This document shows, piece after piece, positions 61,001-64,000 of a stretch of 64,000 nt of DNA. The notes under the pieces were generated by a model. It was not told the DNA's origin and ran no database searches. It saw nothing but the letters and a program-made list of their open reading frames with translations. This DNA is from Raillietiella orientalis (taxonomy: Eukaryota), in contig JAYWIR010000006.1 in assembly GCA_036172245.1 (NCBI GenBank), positions 1,550,001 to 1,614,000 of the forward strand, given 5' to 3'. Within the stretch, counting starts at the first letter, position 1, and each line of letters opens with the position of its first letter. The translations under genes and the position numbers were made by a program.

Positions 61001-61222
61001 AAGAAGCTCTTCTTTCAACGATCCTCTTCTGCTCGTTCTTCAGCTGACCTCGTGTCAAACGACGACCTTCCCCGCGCAAACTTCTCTCCTCCCCCCCCTC
61101 TCTCCCGTCTCCCCCAGGGGAAGAAGCTCTCTTTTCAACGATCTTCTTCTGCTCGTTCTTCAGCTGACCCCGTGTCAAACGACGACGATCTCCGCGCAAG
61201 CTCCCCCCCTCCCTCCCCCTCT
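61001..61222. repeat. Tandem duplication, period 120 bp
   Basis: AAGAAGCTCT..TTTCAACGATC.TCTTCTGCTCGTTCTTCAGCTGACC.CGTGTCAAACGACGAC occurs at 61001 and 61121. Confidence 0.95.
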
Positions 61223-63400
61223 ACCTCAGAAGAAGAAAATGTCACGTTTGATAAAAGGTCTTCCCGGCTTTGGGGGCGCTGCCTGTCAGCGATCCTTGTG
61301 GAAGTGGACCTCTCGCGCGCGTCTCCTCCTCCACGGTCCAGACCAGACAAATCAGAGGTGACGGGTCCCTCCTTCGCTGCCTCCCATCAGCTATCCGCAT
61401 CTCACTGGAGAGATGGCCCGCTGCCGCGTGGTCTTTTTCGCTATGATTTGGAGTCCTCCCGTTTCGGCGAACGCCTTCGCTCAGCCGTCTAGATCGTTGG
61501 CTCGTTGTTCCCCCTCTCCCCTTCCCTCTACTGTTTTGTACCCCCAGTTCTCTAGGAAGACGGTCGCTTCCCCCTCCTCTCCTCCTCCGATTCTGGAGGT
61601 CACCTCTGCTTGCGAGGTGGCGGAGGATGGACAGTCAAGATGCGACTGGGGAGCCCGTAGAGGTGGAGACCTCTCGGGGTGGGTGAAATGGGGGACGGGG
61701 CACAGTAGGGGGGAATTGACGGAAATTGCCATCGATTCCTCGATCTTCTGATTCTTCGAGTCAGGAGCGGGACCACTTGCGACCCACAATAGACTTCATC
61801 CCTGCAAGTGAGCTGAGAGGACGAGGAGCGACCCCCACTCTTGTCCCGGGATGTCGTCATGTCCTTCTTCGTGCGAAGAAGACCGACGTTTTTTTTGTTT
61901 TTTTTCGCTTTCTTAGTTCCCCCCCTCCCCGCTCTCTCTCTCTCCTGCGGGAGCAGTGGGAGGAAGTTGGGAAGTGGCATCGCTCCCTTGCGCGACTGCT
62001 GGCCCATTTCAGGTTCCCTGCGGATTCCAGAACGTACCCTGGCGTGCACAGGTCGCGGACCGACGACGGCGCTCTTGAGAGAAAAGAGGGAGGGGGTAAG
62101 TTTGGAATCTCCTTCGGATGCTCGGCTCACAGAGCGTCTAAAAAGGTGCACGCGGCGAGGATATCCCCCCGTCGTGGCGAAAGGGAGCTTTGAACCTGCT
62201 CTGTTCCCAGGTGATGCCTTCGTGAAAAATTAGTTTCCGCGCAGATGATGAAGATGGATAACGCCGGAGGGAGGAAACTTATCGGAATTTTGACAGGATA
62301 ATGATGAAGGGAAATTTGCGAAACAGGACGTTGGGTTGTTCGCGGCTCTGTTTAGATTAGGAGGTTGCGAGGTTGCAGCCCGAGGAGCGGAGAGACCGCG
62401 TAAACAGGGATGCGCGCGCCTCGAAAAATGGGTGTTCCCCCCTGGAATGACAGACCTCTGGGATCCATCATTTCGAGGAGTCTCGCATCCCCGAGTGTTG
62501 CTACCACCCTCGGCAAAACCTACGCCGAACTCGGCCGGTGGGGACAGTGGTGGCGGAGCGGACCAAAGTTCCCCCCCCCCCTTTCTCCTCCTGAGCGCGC
62601 AAGCGCGCAAGCGCCATCCCTTCGTCCGCCCGCGTGCCGATCCCGGACTGGGTTTGCCCCGCTCCGCCACTCCTTCCGGTACAGCGAAGGAGAGAGGGAG
62701 GGAAGGAAGGGAAGGGCGAAGACTCTTTTTTCTTCTTTTGCATCCACACCCCCACCTCCACCCCAGCGCGATCGTGCGAGAGACCTTCTCGCAGCCCTTT
62801 CGAGTCTCCTTCCTTCCGCTCCCTCTCTTTCGAATCGGGTCTGCGCGGAATTGGCGTGAAACCTTCGGGTTTCATCCGCGAGAGAGCGCGCCTCTCTCCT
62901 CGGAGAGCGACGATCCATTAGGTGGGTGGCACGAATCGCGGTTTTCGTTGCCCTCTCCTTGGCGATGGAAGGGGGAGAAGACAGGCAGAAGGATGGCTAC
63001 GAGGAAAAGGGGAAAGAAATGAAAACAAAGAAAAGCTCCCCTCCTCTTTCCCTTGAGGCTGGTCTTCTCAGCTCCCGCAGCCACGTGCAACGGAACCCCC
63101 AAAGAACCTCCCTCACACCCCACCCAACCCCGGCCTCGGAATTCCCGTCATCGAACGTCCAGCGTGGTTTGCGTGCGTGTGAAATGCGGAATTTAGTCAG
63201 AATTTCCGCTGCGCGGACGTTGCTCGGAGGACAACGCGCTGGACACCAGCCGCCTCCGCCGCCGCGCGTCGAGTGCCGTCGGCTGCGCATCCTCGACGCC
63301 GCACGCAACCGCCGACTCCTCTGCTGCTTGCCCTACAGTTGGTACGGTAGCCTCGGGGAGAAATTTCGCCACGGGACGAGGCTCCTCCGCTCTCCCCCGC
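61120..63400 (+). mobile_element. Ty3/gypsy RT-RH-INT remnant
   Basis: DLRASSP; ASHQL...LPRGLFRYDLESSRFG (RT); RLKRCTRRGYPP (RNase H); WVFPPGMTDL; FGFHP...LSSESDD (integrase); LPYSW. Confidence 0.65.
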
Positions 63401-64000
63401 TTCCCGAGGATGGAGCTTTTCGAAAGCTCACACCTAAAAGCAGGGGCGTCAGGCCCCCTTTATTGCCTTTCGGGGACACGGCTTTGCCCGGGAGACGGAG
63501 GGGGGAGAGGCTGTCGCCTTCCGCACACACCGTCTGCCGCCTCTATGCTGCGTGCAGCATCGCGAAGCTCCAGCAGATTCGTCCTCGCTTGGTGCCACCG
63601 CGGCTGGCCGCGTCTCTAGTCTCCTCCTCCTCGGTCGCATGAGCGGGCAGCAGGAAGACAGCGCCACTGACCTCCAAAGCGCTGACCTTCGCGTCTCGGC
63701 ATCAGCAGAAGGCACGCGCGCGCTCCTCTTCGGTGGAATTCGACGGCCGGCTGCTCACCCGGAGCAGAAGCTTCTTCTACCACCCCGTGGTCCACCTCAG
63801 GGAGGGGGCGATAACCGGATGGGAGAGCGGTACACTTTTCCGGTTCGAAAAAAAAAAAGAGTGAAAAGGGATCGCCATACGGAACGCCCCGAGCCGCCCC
63901 ACGAACTCAGCCTCCTCTCTTTTTCGAAAACGGAGGAGGCGAGGGGAAGGGAAGGGAGAAGGAAGTCTTCTTCCCGGTTTCCTGATTCTCGTCGGGGCGT

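Overview
This is GC-rich eukaryotic DNA with many homopolymer runs, probably from a large repeat-rich plant or green-algal genome (inference from the transposon mix). I found no intact protein-coding gene, rRNA, functional tRNA or CRISPR array. Almost the whole 64 kb is a nested graveyard of heavily decayed transposons, recognisable only as frameshifted motif remnants: about 20 Ty3/gypsy gag-pol fragments (several with a chromodomain), one Ty1/copia INT-RT-RH block, two hAT transposase remnants, a Mutator (MULE) transposase with SWIM finger followed by an Ulp1-like protease remnant, and the 3' part of an L1-type LINE ORF2. The most notable structure is a non-coding family of about 0.6-0.8 kb with 5 copies. 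It begins with a ~76-nt tRNA-derived cassette (A-box-like and B-box motifs), contains ~42-bp tandem subrepeats and has LTR-like TG...CA ends in the best copies. Three pairs of neighbouring retroelement remnants share short patches of high identity. All domain calls were made by eye against remembered consensus motifs, so boundaries are approximate.
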